A DNA stretch of 64,000 nucleotides from a virus. The stretch lies in the IMG/VR virus record IMGVR_UViG_3300027811_000003, positions 49,290 to 113,289 of that record; one strand, written 5' to 3'. Position numbers and translations under genes: made by a program. The notes under the pieces were generated by a model. That model had not been told where the DNA came from. It worked only from the letters and a program-made list of their open reading frames with translations, and searched no databases. Shown piece after piece: positions 35,887-45,883 of this stretch (within the stretch, counting starts at the first letter, position 1; each line of letters starts with the position of its first letter).

Positions 35887-37902
35887 TTATCCGCCGATGT
35901 TTTTGAGCAAGTTGCAAATCGCAGAAGTTCCATTAGACCTGACGTTGTACACGAGAGTATCAAGCGCTCCCGAAGTCGTGGTAAAAGTAACGTCAGAACC
36001 GCTAGGCACTTTCCAGAACGAATCGAGAATCAGAGTCCCAGCGTCTATGCTTATCTCGAAGATGCCAGACTGTCCAGCGACTGCGTTAGTCGGGGCCGCG
36101 AGAGTTCCAGTAGCAGCTATAGTGTACACGAAGTTGTTGTTGAGCGACAAGTCGACTGCTATCGTGCCCGCGACGTTTGTTAAAGTCGTGTAAGCCGCTC
36201 GCTGACCTCCGACGAACGTCTGAGAGCCAGAGAGATTCGCTTTGTTCGACAAATCCTGGTCGCCCGTGTTTACTCCGCTGACGTTAGACGCGCTTAAGTT
36301 TCCTGTCGCGTCGATGTAGGCCAACGTCGCGCCACCGTATGTCTTTACAGTGAGAGGGTCACCGACGACTGCAGTGTGAACTGCTTTCCCAGCAGAATCT
36401 ATGGAAAACAACGTGTAAGTTCCGCTTGAGTCTTTCACAGTCAAGTGATTTCCAGTTATCGCCTTGATCAAAAGTTCGCCTGCGCTTCCGACAGCCAAAG
36501 GCGTATACGTTTCAGTAGAATCCTTGATCGTCAAGTGATTGCCGACAAGCGCCTTGATAGTAACTCCACCAGTAGAACCAATCTTGAAGTATTGAGTCCC
36601 TCCTGGAGCTGAAAGCACTTGAATGGCGGGGTCTACGGCGTCACTCACAGTTATGTTGCTTCCCGTCGTTATCTTGCTGGCGAGAGACGAACTGATGTCT
36701 GTCTGGTCGTACAGAGAACCAGAGATAAAGCCCCAAGTCGTGCTACCTGAAATTGTGATGTTTGCAGTGCCGTCGAAAGGAACGCCGTTTATCGTTCTCG
36801 CAGTCGAAAGCTTCTCAGCTTCGCTCGAAGGAAAAACGAAGACGGTGCCTCCGCCAGTGTTAGTCACAGTCATGAGTGAACGAGTGTCAGAATCGACATC
36901 TACCCAGTTGGAAGAATCGAGCAACACGACGTTGAAGTTCGTTCCACCGACCTTTTCTCCGACGTATTCAAGCATCAAGTACGCGTCGGTTCCTTGCAAC
37001 GTGATCGTCGCTTGAGTCGAACCTCCGTACATCTGAACTGGAGAAGCGTCAATTGTCATTGCTGCAGAAGTGCCGTGGCACCCGTATAACCAAGCGCTTG
37101 AACCCTTTTCGAACAACATCGTGCTAGTGAACATGCTGTCATAAGCATAAGTTATGATAGAACCCGCTGTAGAGTCTTCTGATTCTACGAAAGGAACGGC
37201 TATCCTCAAGTCGTGTAAGTAAACTCTAGGAACGTTTGCACCAGACACGTTGCTTCCAGTTATAGTGAAAGAACCGACTGGAAAGCCAACGTCTGAGATA
37301 TTCGTGTTCCACGGTGACCCGTCTGGCGTTATCGAAAACACGCCATTAATGAAAGTCGCCCAGCTTCCTTCACCTTCAATCGCGACGTACGGTTTATCGA
37401 CAGTCACGTCTTCTGTGTACGAACCCGCAGAGACGTTTATGGTATACGGAGCAGTTGCACTTGGACTCGTGACGCTGTCTATGGCGGCCTGGATTGTCTT
37501 GAAAGGCTTGGCAACAGAACCGTTTTCTACGTACGAGTCGACTCTAAAATTGTCGACGTAGAGAGAATGACCTGCAATTTGCGACAAGTTAGCTGAGGCA
37601 CTGACGGCAGTCAACGAAGAGCTGAGATCAGTCTGACCGTACAAGTCTCCTGTTATACCGCCCCAGACGCTCGGACCAGCGGGACCGATCGAACCGCTTG
37701 GGCCCGCGGGACCCGCTGAACCGCTGGGGCCCGGAGGTCCTATCGAGCCAGTGCCGATTCCAGCACAAAACTCGTCTATGATCGACAGCGAAGACGAAAG
37801 CTGCTGATCAAGACCGACTTCGCTTGCGTAATCATTCTTGGAAACGTCGGCCCAGTCTGGAATCTCCAGATTGAGAAACGTTGTGTTTGGATAGTAGCCC
37901 AT
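35887..37902 (-). CDS. Tail fibre protein
   Basis: Collagen Gly-X-Y tract, two WG.I.G.LY.QTD repeats, GSVAKPFKTIQAAI beta-helix start, ARTINGVPFDGTANIT, C-terminal fibre-tip domain. Confidence 0.85.
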   Translation of the reverse strand: MGYYPNTTFLNLEIPDWADVSKNDYASEVGLDQQLSSSLSIIDEFCAGIGTGSIGPPGPSGSAGPAGPSGSIGPAGPSVWGGITGDLYGQTDLSSSLTAVSASANLSQIAGHSLYVDNFRVDSYVENGSVAKPFKTIQAAIDSVTSPSATAPYTINVSAGSYTEDVTVDKPYVAIEGEGSWATFINGVFSITPDGSPWNTNISDVGFPVGSFTITGSNVSGANVPRVYLHDLRIAVPFVESEDSTAGSIITYAYDSMFTSTMLFEKGSSAWLYGCHGTSAAMTIDASPVQMYGGSTQATITLQGTDAYLMLEYVGEKVGGTNFNVVLLDSSNWVDVDSDTRSLMTVTNTGGGTVFVFPSSEAEKLSTARTINGVPFDGTANITISGSTTWGFISGSLYDQTDISSSLASKITTGSNITVSDAVDPAIQVLSAPGGTQYFKIGSTGGVTIKALVGNHLTIKDSTETYTPLAVGSAGELLIKAITGNHLTVKDSSGTYTLFSIDSAGKAVHTAVVGDPLTVKTYGGATLAYIDATGNLSASNVSGVNTGDQDLSNKANLSGSQTFVGGQRAAYTTLTNVAGTIAVDLSLNNNFVYTIAATGTLAAPTNAVAGQSGIFEISIDAGTLILDSFWKVPSGSDVTFTTTSGALDTLVYNVRSNGTSAICNLLKNIGG
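37669..37755 (-). repeat. Collagen-like Gly-X-Y repeat
   Basis: GTGSIGPPGPSGSAGPAGPSGSIGPAGPS. Confidence 0.85.
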
Positions 37903-37924
37903 TCAAGTCGCCTCAGTCAGACGT

Positions 37925-38413
37925 TTAAAACGCCAGCACAGCGTTATCGAAGCGCATCTGGAAAGTGATCTCAGTCGCGTCGCTAGAAGCCATGTCAAGA
38001 TCGCCCCAGTCGATGTCCTGAGCCCAAGCTCCCTTGACGTCCCAAAGCTCGACGACGGTGCCGTAAGGATCGAGAAGCTTGAGAGAGACGTCCTTCTTGT
38101 ACATTGTGGCGTAACCCATTCGTCCAGTAGCAGCTTCGTAGTTCAGTCGCAGCCAGTCCATGATCTTCATGGCAGCAGAAGGAGCGATGGGATCGTACAT
38201 GACGACCTGCATTGGGTTCCAAGACATCTTCCCAGAGAGGTATCTCTTCGTGTTCACGTAATCGATCACTGTCTCTTCGAAAGTCGCCTTGGGACGAGCA
38301 GAAGTCTTGAGCGTGAACGCGTCGATGCCGTCTATCTGAAGCAGCCATCTAAACTTTCTTTTGGGCTCGTAAGCGTTAGCGAGCATCTGATTAACTTCGA
38401 GGATCTCGGCCAT
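37925..38413 (-). CDS. Tail tube protein (gp19-like)
   Basis: YEPKRKFRW, GKMSW, YKKD..LKLLDP.G..VE.W...GAW, LD. Confidence 0.9.
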   Translation of the reverse strand: MAEILEVNQMLANAYEPKRKFRWLLQIDGIDAFTLKTSARPKATFEETVIDYVNTKRYLSGKMSWNPMQVVMYDPIAPSAAMKIMDWLRLNYEAATGRMGYATMYKKDVSLKLLDPYGTVVELWDVKGAWAQDIDWGDLDMASSDATEITFQMRFDNAVLAF

Positions 38414-38455
38414 GTTAAATCTCCTGAATGACGTCCGCTGGACGTTCTCTCAATA

Positions 38456-38485
38456 AAATTAGCTACGAAATTAGTTTTATGTCAA
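38456..38485 (-). promoter_or_regulatory. Possible sigma70-like promoter upstream of the tail tube gene
   Basis: TTGACA-18 nt-TAATTT on the minus strand. Confidence 0.35.
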
Positions 38486-38516
38486 TCGCGAAGTTTTCTT
38501 TGCGGCAGACAAAGCT

Positions 38517-38548
38517 ACGGCGGGAAACTCGTTGGAGTCGCCCGCCGT
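38517..38548 (-). terminator. GC-rich hairpin after the tail sheath gene (weak U-tract; terminator or stabiliser)
   Basis: ACGGCGGG/CCCGCCGT stem. Confidence 0.5.
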
Positions 38549-38561
38549 GCGAAACATTCAG

Positions 38562-40880
38562 TTATTCGCCGAAAGAAACTCCAGCGTTGGTGATCGTGAA
38601 CGTGACTGCGACGAATTCTGCAGATTTCGTGGGCTGCAAGAATATCTTACCAGTCATGATGTTCTTGTCGATGAGTTCGGCGGTGTTTGTCGTCGAATCC
38701 ATGACGATCTTGAAACGCTCAACTCCTTGGTCCTGCCTGATCTGCTCGAAGATCGGGTTGACTTTCTTGGTGAACTTCTGCCACGTGGCGGCGTTGTTAC
38801 TCTCGAAGAGAAGACCGCGAGCGGCCTTGGCAACGACTTTCTTCCCGTAAATCATCAGTCTTCGAACGTTGACTCTGTCAAGCGCAGAAGCTTTGACTTG
38901 GAGAGTTTTCTGTCCGTAGATCACGATACCCTCATCAGGGAACGTGGCGATCGGGTTGATCCTGTTGTCATAGAGAAGGTTGCGATCGTCGACGTTCAAG
39001 CGATCAGCTACGTCGAACACGTCGAACTGGTTGAGTCCCCCTCGGTTGTGACCAGCGGGAGCAAACCAAGGATGACCGACGCGGTCAGAGAACGCGAGTG
39101 CGCCGAGGACAGCGACAGACGGAGCGACCCTAACGATCTTGACGCTCTTCTTGTCTTTCATCTTCAGGTCAGGATAGTAACACGAAGTGTAATTGTCGTC
39201 GATTTCTCTAGACTTGAGGAGGTCGACAGCTTCAGCGACAGAAGAACCAGTGACATCCATGACGTACAGAGTGTCTTTTCTGTTGTTGACCATCTGTCTA
39301 GCGTTGTCAGTCACCTTGATGTTGTGCACCGCTGGAATTGCGACGATGTTCATATCGACAGTGTCAGGATTAGATATGGTGTCTATAGCTCTCTTGAGAG
39401 AAACGACACCGATGTCAGTGTCGTCAGCGCTGTTCGTGATATAAGTTGGATCAGACACTCTAGCGTCAAATCCGTCGAATCCACCCTGGAACGGCATGAC
39501 AAACTTGTGCATCGACGACGAAGCATAAACTCCAGCGTATTTCAAGCTATCGGCGAGAGTGGGAACGTAATTCCAAACCTGCTTGCCGTTTCTGTAACTC
39601 GCGCTGAGGAACGAAAGCGAGAAGTCTGCGTCTGCACCAAGTACTGCTGTAATAGGATCTGCCTTCATCCTCTCTTCGACAGAGCCGCTGACGAACGAAA
39701 TTCCCCAGCAGATGTTAGTGTCGATGTTTCCGACTCTGTCTATCTGGTTAGGTGTGAGACGGAGATCGGGAACAACTGAAATGTTGCTGCCCGTGGCAAA
39801 CGACTCTTTCGCGTAGCCTCTGTGTCCCCATGGCAGAGATTCGTCGGGAGCGTCGACTGTCGTGTCCAACTCGACTCTAACGAACCTGCTGTTGTTCTCG
39901 TGGTCGCCAGAACCAACGAACTTCCTCTGAGTCGTGTCGAACACTTCCTGATGGTCGCCGATGACGCGAAGGATGTAGTTGGGAGAGTCAGGATCAAGCG
40001 TGCATCCAACGAATGTCTCCGTTGTTTCAACTCTCTGGTCTGTGTCGAAGAAGTTTCTCACTATGACGTCGAACGTTCCGTACGGAGTAGAGAGCGGAGA
40101 AGGAGAAGACTTGACGTTGGCGATTTCCACCTTCACGTCGTCGTTGGCAGAGTTACCGTGTCCGAGAGTGTGGAACCTGAAAAGATTAAACTCCTGACCA
40201 CCGACAGGCTGCGACTTGATCCAAGGAGTAGAAGCTCCAGTGAAGTTCTTCCTGTAGTCAGTCGTACTACCCGTTATCTCAGTGAGACCCCACGACGCAG
40301 AAGCAGAAGGAACTGCCCACTTGTACATCTCGTAGAGATAGTGACCATAAACATCATACTTCGTCGGGTCAGTGTTCATGACTTTCTGGATGTAATCGGG
40401 AGACGTGGGAGCGAACGACGCAGTAGTTGCGAACAGAACTCCAGCCGAACCAGTGAGCTTCACGACGAACTTGTTAGCGTCGAGAGCGACTCCAACGACA
40501 GACAAAGATTCTTTGCTTCCAGTGTGATGAACGATCGCGAGGACCTGTCCGACGTCAGCGTCGGTGATACCAGAAATCTGATCAACGAAGTATCCGTTCG
40601 TTGTCGAAGTGCCGTCGTCGTGACCGAGCACTCTGACGACGTTAAGAACGTTAGAATTCTTCAGATAGTTCTTCGCGGCATACGGCATCTGCATCGAAGT
40701 ATCGACGTCACCGAAGACTGAAGCAAAACCGTCGAAGCCATCGACAGTGACGGGAACGAACGCAGGACCTTTAGCAGTCCTGCCTATGACAGCGGCGCCA
40801 GTGCCGACAGTACCCTGAGAAAGAAAACTGACGTCGTTTTCCTCAGAGAAAACTCCAGGTGAACCATATTTTTGAGCCAT
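38562..40880 (-). CDS. Tail sheath protein (gp18-like)
   Basis: SPGVFSEE, KGPAFVP, PWFAPAG..RG, RINPI, GQKTLQ, LDRVNVRRL, IFLQP. Confidence 0.95.
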   Translation of the reverse strand: MAQKYGSPGVFSEENDVSFLSQGTVGTGAAVIGRTAKGPAFVPVTVDGFDGFASVFGDVDTSMQMPYAAKNYLKNSNVLNVVRVLGHDDGTSTTNGYFVDQISGITDADVGQVLAIVHHTGSKESLSVVGVALDANKFVVKLTGSAGVLFATTASFAPTSPDYIQKVMNTDPTKYDVYGHYLYEMYKWAVPSASASWGLTEITGSTTDYRKNFTGASTPWIKSQPVGGQEFNLFRFHTLGHGNSANDDVKVEIANVKSSPSPLSTPYGTFDVIVRNFFDTDQRVETTETFVGCTLDPDSPNYILRVIGDHQEVFDTTQRKFVGSGDHENNSRFVRVELDTTVDAPDESLPWGHRGYAKESFATGSNISVVPDLRLTPNQIDRVGNIDTNICWGISFVSGSVEERMKADPITAVLGADADFSLSFLSASYRNGKQVWNYVPTLADSLKYAGVYASSSMHKFVMPFQGGFDGFDARVSDPTYITNSADDTDIGVVSLKRAIDTISNPDTVDMNIVAIPAVHNIKVTDNARQMVNNRKDTLYVMDVTGSSVAEAVDLLKSREIDDNYTSCYYPDLKMKDKKSVKIVRVAPSVAVLGALAFSDRVGHPWFAPAGHNRGGLNQFDVFDVADRLNVDDRNLLYDNRINPIATFPDEGIVIYGQKTLQVKASALDRVNVRRLMIYGKKVVAKAARGLLFESNNAATWQKFTKKVNPIFEQIRQDQGVERFKIVMDSTTNTAELIDKNIMTGKIFLQPTKSAEFVAVTFTITNAGVSFGE

Positions 40881-40985
40881 GTTTGTTAATCTCCAAAGAA
40901 AACGTGTCGGGTCGTCAAATCATGACGACGCTTCTCGAGATTAACTATGTCGCGAAAAACTCAAAAGCGCAAAAACGCGTATTAA

Positions 40986-41822
40986 TTAGCTTCCAAAGAT
41001 CTTTTCTATTTCTTCTAAGTCATCGAGAAACACAACTTCTTCATCGACGAATCTCAGATTGAAGGCTGTTCGTTCCATTTTCACGGCTGGTTTCTCTCCC
41101 TCTGGGTCTAACTGAAGGACGGCAGGAACAGTGAACGAAGTGTTGAACGCTATTATTCTTTCTTGATCAGTAAATTCTTCCAAGTTGCCAGCGTCGTTTA
41201 TGGTCGAGTCGAAGAAACCAACGACGTAAGCCTTGCCGGGAGATTTCCTGTCTTCGAACTCGACTCCGATCTGCGGATGTTTGCCCGGGTTGTCGAACTC
41301 AGCCACGAAGGACTTTCCTATGTCTAGTTCGTTGAACATCTTCTCCAGGATCGAATTCATTTGAGATATGTACTGCGCCTGTATCTGCAACTCGTAAGTT
41401 ATCTTGTTCTTGTCTGGAAACGGAATCGAGAACACTTCATAGACGACAGGTTTGTTCAATGATCTTTGAGACAGAGGTCTAAGCTTTTCTAGATTCATCA
41501 AGTCGTTAGTTTTCTGCGAGATCCTCTTCGAGAAGACGATGTTCGCAGTTTCTGCTCCCAGCGCTCCCATGCTAGGCTCAGGATTTATGTTCGAACGTCT
41601 TATGGATATTATGGGAAGGATCAGGACGCCGTTCGAATCTCTGACACCCCTCTTAGTTCTAGAAGTGACCCATCGCTCTCCAGACGACCAATTCACAACG
41701 ACTTTCTTCCTGTCGCCGTTCGGTTGCTTCACGTGTGCGTCTACTGTCAGATCAAACCATGCCGCTACAGCCTTATCGATACTTTCGATAGTAATATTTT
41801 GATAATCAGGATATTGTTGCAT
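40986..41822 (-). CDS. Tail terminator / sheath stabiliser (gp15-like)
   Basis: IESIDKA, ERW, LILPIISIRR, YELQI..QY..QMN.ILE; located upstream of the sheath gene. Confidence 0.7.
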   Translation of the reverse strand: MQQYPDYQNITIESIDKAVAAWFDLTVDAHVKQPNGDRKKVVVNWSSGERWVTSRTKRGVRDSNGVLILPIISIRRSNINPEPSMGALGAETANIVFSKRISQKTNDLMNLEKLRPLSQRSLNKPVVYEVFSIPFPDKNKITYELQIQAQYISQMNSILEKMFNELDIGKSFVAEFDNPGKHPQIGVEFEDRKSPGKAYVVGFFDSTINDAGNLEEFTDQERIIAFNTSFTVPAVLQLDPEGEKPAVKMERTAFNLRFVDEEVVFLDDLEEIEKIFGS

Positions 41823-42669
41823 ATTTCACCAAATAACGATGTAATGTCTGTTTCGAAACATTCAACTCTGGATGAGAATCGTAAAAAGCGGATTCAGTTA
41901 AACGAGATTTTTTCCACTCTTCAACGAGCTCATTTGCTTTGTCGTCTGATATTTTTCTATGCTTGAGCGAGTTGACTCTTTTAACTTCTGGTCTTGCATT
42001 AAAAACTTTTGCAATTAAGCTCATTTTTGCTTTTGCTTCTGACAAATTTTTGATTCGCTTTTGAGTAATACTCATTTTTGCTTTTGACTTTGCAGAATGT
42101 TTTTTACCAATATGCGATAAACTCATTTTTGCTTTTACTTCTTGTTTACTAAGCGCGATCCTGGTAGAAATGCTTATCTTTTCTTTTACGTCTAAACGAT
42201 TTTGAGATATTTTTGACGCAGCACTTTTTCTTGCTTTGACATCGGGACGTTCATTGACAAGCTTCATTTTTTGTCTTGTTTCAATGGACCACTTTGTTCC
42301 TCCACTACCATCACCACCGAGAGTGCAATTCGTTAAGTCTTCTCCCCGTTTTCTCAATTCGCTTATGAACATTATCTCGTAAAGATTAACAAACTCAGAA
42401 TTATTAAATTCAGCAAGAATACTAACTTTAGGTTCAAGATTTTTGTATTTCAAGCTTTTAAGCCAATTGCCAACGTGGGCAAATTCGTGACGTTTGAAAT
42501 CAAATATTCTATTTTTGCCATTTATTGTTTTGCCGATGTAACGAATCTTTAAAGTTTCAGGATCATGATATCCGTAAATGCAGTTAGACGAAATAAAATC
42601 ATTCTTGGACACAAAAGTATAGTCTACGTCTTCTATAGTGACGTTCTGATAGTTTGGTCGAGGGTCCAT
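41806..42669 (-). mobile_element. Free-standing GIY-YIG homing endonuclease with NUMOD3 repeats
   Basis: CIYGY...RYIGKT...E...LTN...GGDG; repeated xxKAKMS and GKKHSAKSKAKMS; AT-rich. Confidence 0.9.
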
Positions 42670-42716
42670 GTATATCTCCTGGCCTTTCTAAGTAGGCCCA
42701 CTCAGACCTTCAAGCG

Positions 42717-43409
42717 TCACCGTGACAAGAATTTCTTGATCGTAGTGGCTGAAACGATGAACGCCATATGTTCGTATCCTTCGTGCGCCATAGAGACTAT
42801 TCCGACGATTCGACCGTCTTGAAACACTGGACTGCCGCTTGAACCGCCAACTACTGGCGCTGAGACGAGTTGCCTTCCTCCGACAGCGGGAACGCTGTCG
42901 TCAAAAGTGACTGTCACGAATCCAGAAGTCAGTACTGGAAATGTGACACCGTCAGGATATCCGATGTTCGTGACTTCAGATCCAGCTTCTGCGTCGCGTG
43001 ATGCGACAGCTGCGATGTTCTTGAGATCGCAATCTGTCTTGAGCAACGCCAAGTCGTTTTCTTTGTCTATCTTTTCGAGCGTCGCCTCGCACACGACAGA
43101 ACCAGAAAAATTCAAGAATTTCATTTTCACGTCATCAACGGTGACGCCTAGATCTGACAGTGATGTTGGTAAGAGCGTAGAAGCGCAATGAGCAGCAGTC
43201 AGAACGTTGTGCGTAGATATCGCCACTCCCGAACACGTCGACTTTATCTTTACGTCTTTGAACTTCTCCGCGAGCTTTCCAGTGAATTTCAGCGTCTTGA
43301 CCGTGCTCAAGAACACAGTCGACTTGATGTCTCGCTGATTTTCAGAAACGGAGACATGACAGCACGAAGAAAGAAAAAGCGTTGCGACGATCAGTGACAT
43401 CTTGTTCAT
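42717..43409 (-). CDS. Trypsin-like serine protease, putative lipoprotein
   Basis: TAAHC, DLALL, GGSSGSP triad; signal peptide with LSSC lipobox. Confidence 0.88.
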   Translation of the reverse strand: MNKMSLIVATLFLSSCCHVSVSENQRDIKSTVFLSTVKTLKFTGKLAEKFKDVKIKSTCSGVAISTHNVLTAAHCASTLLPTSLSDLGVTVDDVKMKFLNFSGSVVCEATLEKIDKENDLALLKTDCDLKNIAAVASRDAEAGSEVTNIGYPDGVTFPVLTSGFVTVTFDDSVPAVGGRQLVSAPVVGGSSGSPVFQDGRIVGIVSMAHEGYEHMAFIVSATTIKKFLSR

Positions 43410-43423
43410 TCGAATCCCTTCGT

Positions 43424-43972
43424 TTAGTGTTGCGTTTCAGCCCACTCTTTGTATCTACGCTCTTCGCAGCTACAGCACTCGCAATTTCTCGGGTGAGAGT
43501 TGTCTATACCTTCTGAGTTTCTGCCTCCCGCGGTGAACTGTCCCTCGCGAGCAGGAACGCAAACGCACTTGACTTGCAGACGTTCGTTCAATTGTCCGAA
43601 CACTATCTGAGGAGTCGTCGCTGACGTGATCTCTGAGTACACGCCGCCAATTTCGAGGAAGTCGCCTTCCTTCGGAGAAACGTTGCGCTCGTCCAACTCG
43701 TTCTTGTGGAAGTAAACTTCTGTCGGGTATTTCGAATCGACGCCAAACTTCGTCGTAGTCGACTGCGTGTTGTCCCACAAGATACGCGCGTTGATCTTGA
43801 CGGGAGGTTCCCACACTTTCTCTATCGCTTCTTCGTAGAGAGAGTGCACGCTGCTCTTCTCTAGAGAGATAGCGTAGTACGTAACTTCTTCGCCAGTGAC
43901 GCTTTGAACTAGCTCTCTATCGATTGAATCGATGAAGTCAAGCTCAGCGTGAGTTACGAACTTACGAGACAA
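43424..43972 (-). CDS. Neck / head-closure protein (gp14-like)
   Basis: LYEEA..K, PKEGDF; adjacent to the gp13-like gene. Confidence 0.7.
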   Translation of the reverse strand: MSRKFVTHAELDFIDSIDRELVQSVTGEEVTYYAISLEKSSVHSLYEEAIEKVWEPPVKINARILWDNTQSTTTKFGVDSKYPTEVYFHKNELDERNVSPKEGDFLEIGGVYSEITSATTPQIVFGQLNERLQVKCVCVPAREGQFTAGGRNSEGIDNSHPRNCECCSCEERRYKEWAETQH

Positions 43973-45185
43973 TCGTCGCTCCGTGTTTGTTCAACATATC
44001 AAGCAAAAATTGTCCAATAATTATAACAGGTATGGCCCCGATGTAGATTCCGAGAGGGACGTTCTTGATCACTTCAGCCAACGCAGTAGCTTTCTCAGCT
44101 TCTATGGTAGCTAGTTTGTCGTACGTCATGCTGTCAAGCATCGCCTTCAAGTCTTCGCGAAGTCTGTCTTGCGTCGTTCTAGCGTCAGCTATGAGCTCAG
44201 GACCGTTCAACGTCAGATCGCCGTTAGGAATTGGTATGGTCGCCATCTTCGACCTGATCTGTCCTTCTATCTCTTTCGCGTAAGCGAACGTCATGTTTCT
44301 TATCCACGTCTTCGAAATAGAATTCAAGTTCGAATATACTATGTTTCCAAACGGGATGTTAGACAAGTTAGAGACGCCGCTGTAACGCGGGTTTTCCACT
44401 GTTGACCCAGAGACAGAGCTGATCACTGTCGGTTTAGTCGGGTCAGAAGGGTAGCACCACTCTATCCACAACGGGATGTTGTTAGTCGGAGGAGGGTACA
44501 GAGTCAACACGTTGTTATTGATTTCATAGCTATAGTTCGATCGTCTGACGTTGTTAGACGACTTGAACTGCATCCCGCGGAGGATGTCTTCCCAAATAGG
44601 CAAGAGGTAGAATATCGTCTCTGGCGTGTACGACTCGAAGCCAAACTGATTGTTCAAGTAGTTTAGACCCGACGTCGTTCCAAAGAACCTGTAAGCAGAC
44701 ACTGGAGAGAAGTGGAACACTTTCTTAATTACTATTCTTCCTGAACCTGACGAATGTGTGGTGAGCAACGCATCCAAATCGTACTTCTGTTGGCCTATGG
44801 ACAAGTCTATCGACGCGCTGTACATCTTCGTAGAAGTGTTCACGGTGAACGGACCAGCGTCGCCATACGGCTCTGCCATCTGGTTTTCAAATTCCAAGTT
44901 CTGGATGACGTACTTGTTCTCTGACCCTTGCAACGACCCCGTCGGCGCGCCCAAGAACGTCGTTAGCACTGACTTCGCCTGATACGAGTTGACTATCGCG
45001 CTGTATTCGAGAGACGCTTCTTCGAACGACGCGTACACTTGGTTCTCGTATATGTGAGCCTTCATCACGGGAGCGCCCAACTTACGACGGACGAAGTCCA
45101 CCATGGCATCAGCGTCGTGTTGAAACTGGACGTCAGCGTCGAACACTCCGAATGGCGTCGGCGTCTTCATCGGATCAAACGGCAT
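43962..45185 (-). CDS. Neck / head-tail adaptor protein (gp13-like)
   Basis: RRKLGAP, FEEA, GQQKYDL, WIR..T.A.AKE..G.IRSK...IP....TLNG. Confidence 0.8.
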   Translation of the reverse strand: MPFDPMKTPTPFGVFDADVQFQHDADAMVDFVRRKLGAPVMKAHIYENQVYASFEEASLEYSAIVNSYQAKSVLTTFLGAPTGSLQGSENKYVIQNLEFENQMAEPYGDAGPFTVNTSTKMYSASIDLSIGQQKYDLDALLTTHSSGSGRIVIKKVFHFSPVSAYRFFGTTSGLNYLNNQFGFESYTPETIFYLLPIWEDILRGMQFKSSNNVRRSNYSYEINNNVLTLYPPPTNNIPLWIEWCYPSDPTKPTVISSVSGSTVENPRYSGVSNLSNIPFGNIVYSNLNSISKTWIRNMTFAYAKEIEGQIRSKMATIPIPNGDLTLNGPELIADARTTQDRLREDLKAMLDSMTYDKLATIEAEKATALAEVIKNVPLGIYIGAIPVIIIGQFLLDMLNKHGATIVS

Positions 45186-45199
45186 AGTTATACCACTCC

Positions 45200-45880
45200 T
45201 TATCTGTAGAAGCTCTTAGAGGTCGGAGCGGCCCTCGGATCAATCGCCAGGCCACCGTCAACATTGTCGAGGAATTCAGCTATCTTCTTCTCCATTCCGC
45301 GCTGAACCCAACGTCTTGTCTTGATCTCGACTGACTCAGACTCGGGAGAAAAGTCATCCCACTTCTTGAAGCCTGCACGTTCAGCAGCAGCGCAGAAAGC
45401 GTCTCTCACTTTGTCGTCAGGAAACGCGAGAGTCGTTGGCTCACCACGCTGAGAGTTGTTCTTGAGCGTGGAAACGATCTCGTTAGACCTACGCTCTCCG
45501 ACAGCTTCCTTGGCGAGCGACCGAGGAGTTGCTGGTTTCGTGTCGTCGCCAGTCAATGGAGAAGACATGAAGTTTCGATTTGCTCTGACGTAGCCCTTCT
45601 CTTTCTGCATGAAGTCTCCTACAGCCTTGGCAAATCCTCGACTGACGAAGTGCTGAGTGTCGATGTCGACGACGTCTTGCTCTTCGCCTTGTTCGAAGTC
45701 CTTGTCTGGAACGAAGCCAGCCTTCTTGGCAGCGACCATGAAGTTGGAAGCTGACTCGTCGTCAGGAAAAACGAGAGAAATCTTCTCGCGCTTGTTCGCA
45801 GCGTCCTTGAGAGCGAAAACGATCTCGCCAGGTTGTCTGGCGTCTTCGCGGATCACAAAGACGTGGCGAATCGAGATCAC
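45200..45880 (-). CDS. Putative internal head protein with tandem duplicated domain
   Basis: Two L.FPDD...F..AA..AGF...DF repeats. Confidence 0.6.
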   Translation of the reverse strand: MISIRHVFVIREDARQPGEIVFALKDAANKREKISLVFPDDESASNFMVAAKKAGFVPDKDFEQGEEQDVVDIDTQHFVSRGFAKAVGDFMQKEKGYVRANRNFMSSPLTGDDTKPATPRSLAKEAVGERRSNEIVSTLKNNSQRGEPTTLAFPDDKVRDAFCAAAERAGFKKWDDFSPESESVEIKTRRWVQRGMEKKIAEFLDNVDGGLAIDPRAAPTSKSFYR

Positions 45881-45883
45881 GTG

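Noticed and set aside
35886-35963. ORF-track N-terminal extension of the 35568 gene
   Set aside because: Overlaps the fibre gene; the paralogous MFASLML start indicates TTG at 35885
34527-37902. Diversity-generating retroelement or invertase shufflon acting on tail fibre genes
   Set aside because: No reverse transcriptase, recombinase, inverted repeats or adenine-specific TR/VR pair is visible
38532-40721. Long plus-strand ORFs (415 and 299 aa) opposite the tail sheath gene
   Set aside because: Antisense shadows caused by codon bias in a highly expressed gene; no recognisable motifs
41990-42280. Repeated ctcatttttgctttt sequences as a CRISPR or regulatory array
   Set aside because: They encode the NUMOD3 KAKMS repeats of the homing endonuclease
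43962-44035. AT-rich hydrophobic C-terminal extension of the neck protein containing a TAATTA
   Set aside because: Could be stop-codon loss or an internal promoter; cannot be distinguished from sequence alone
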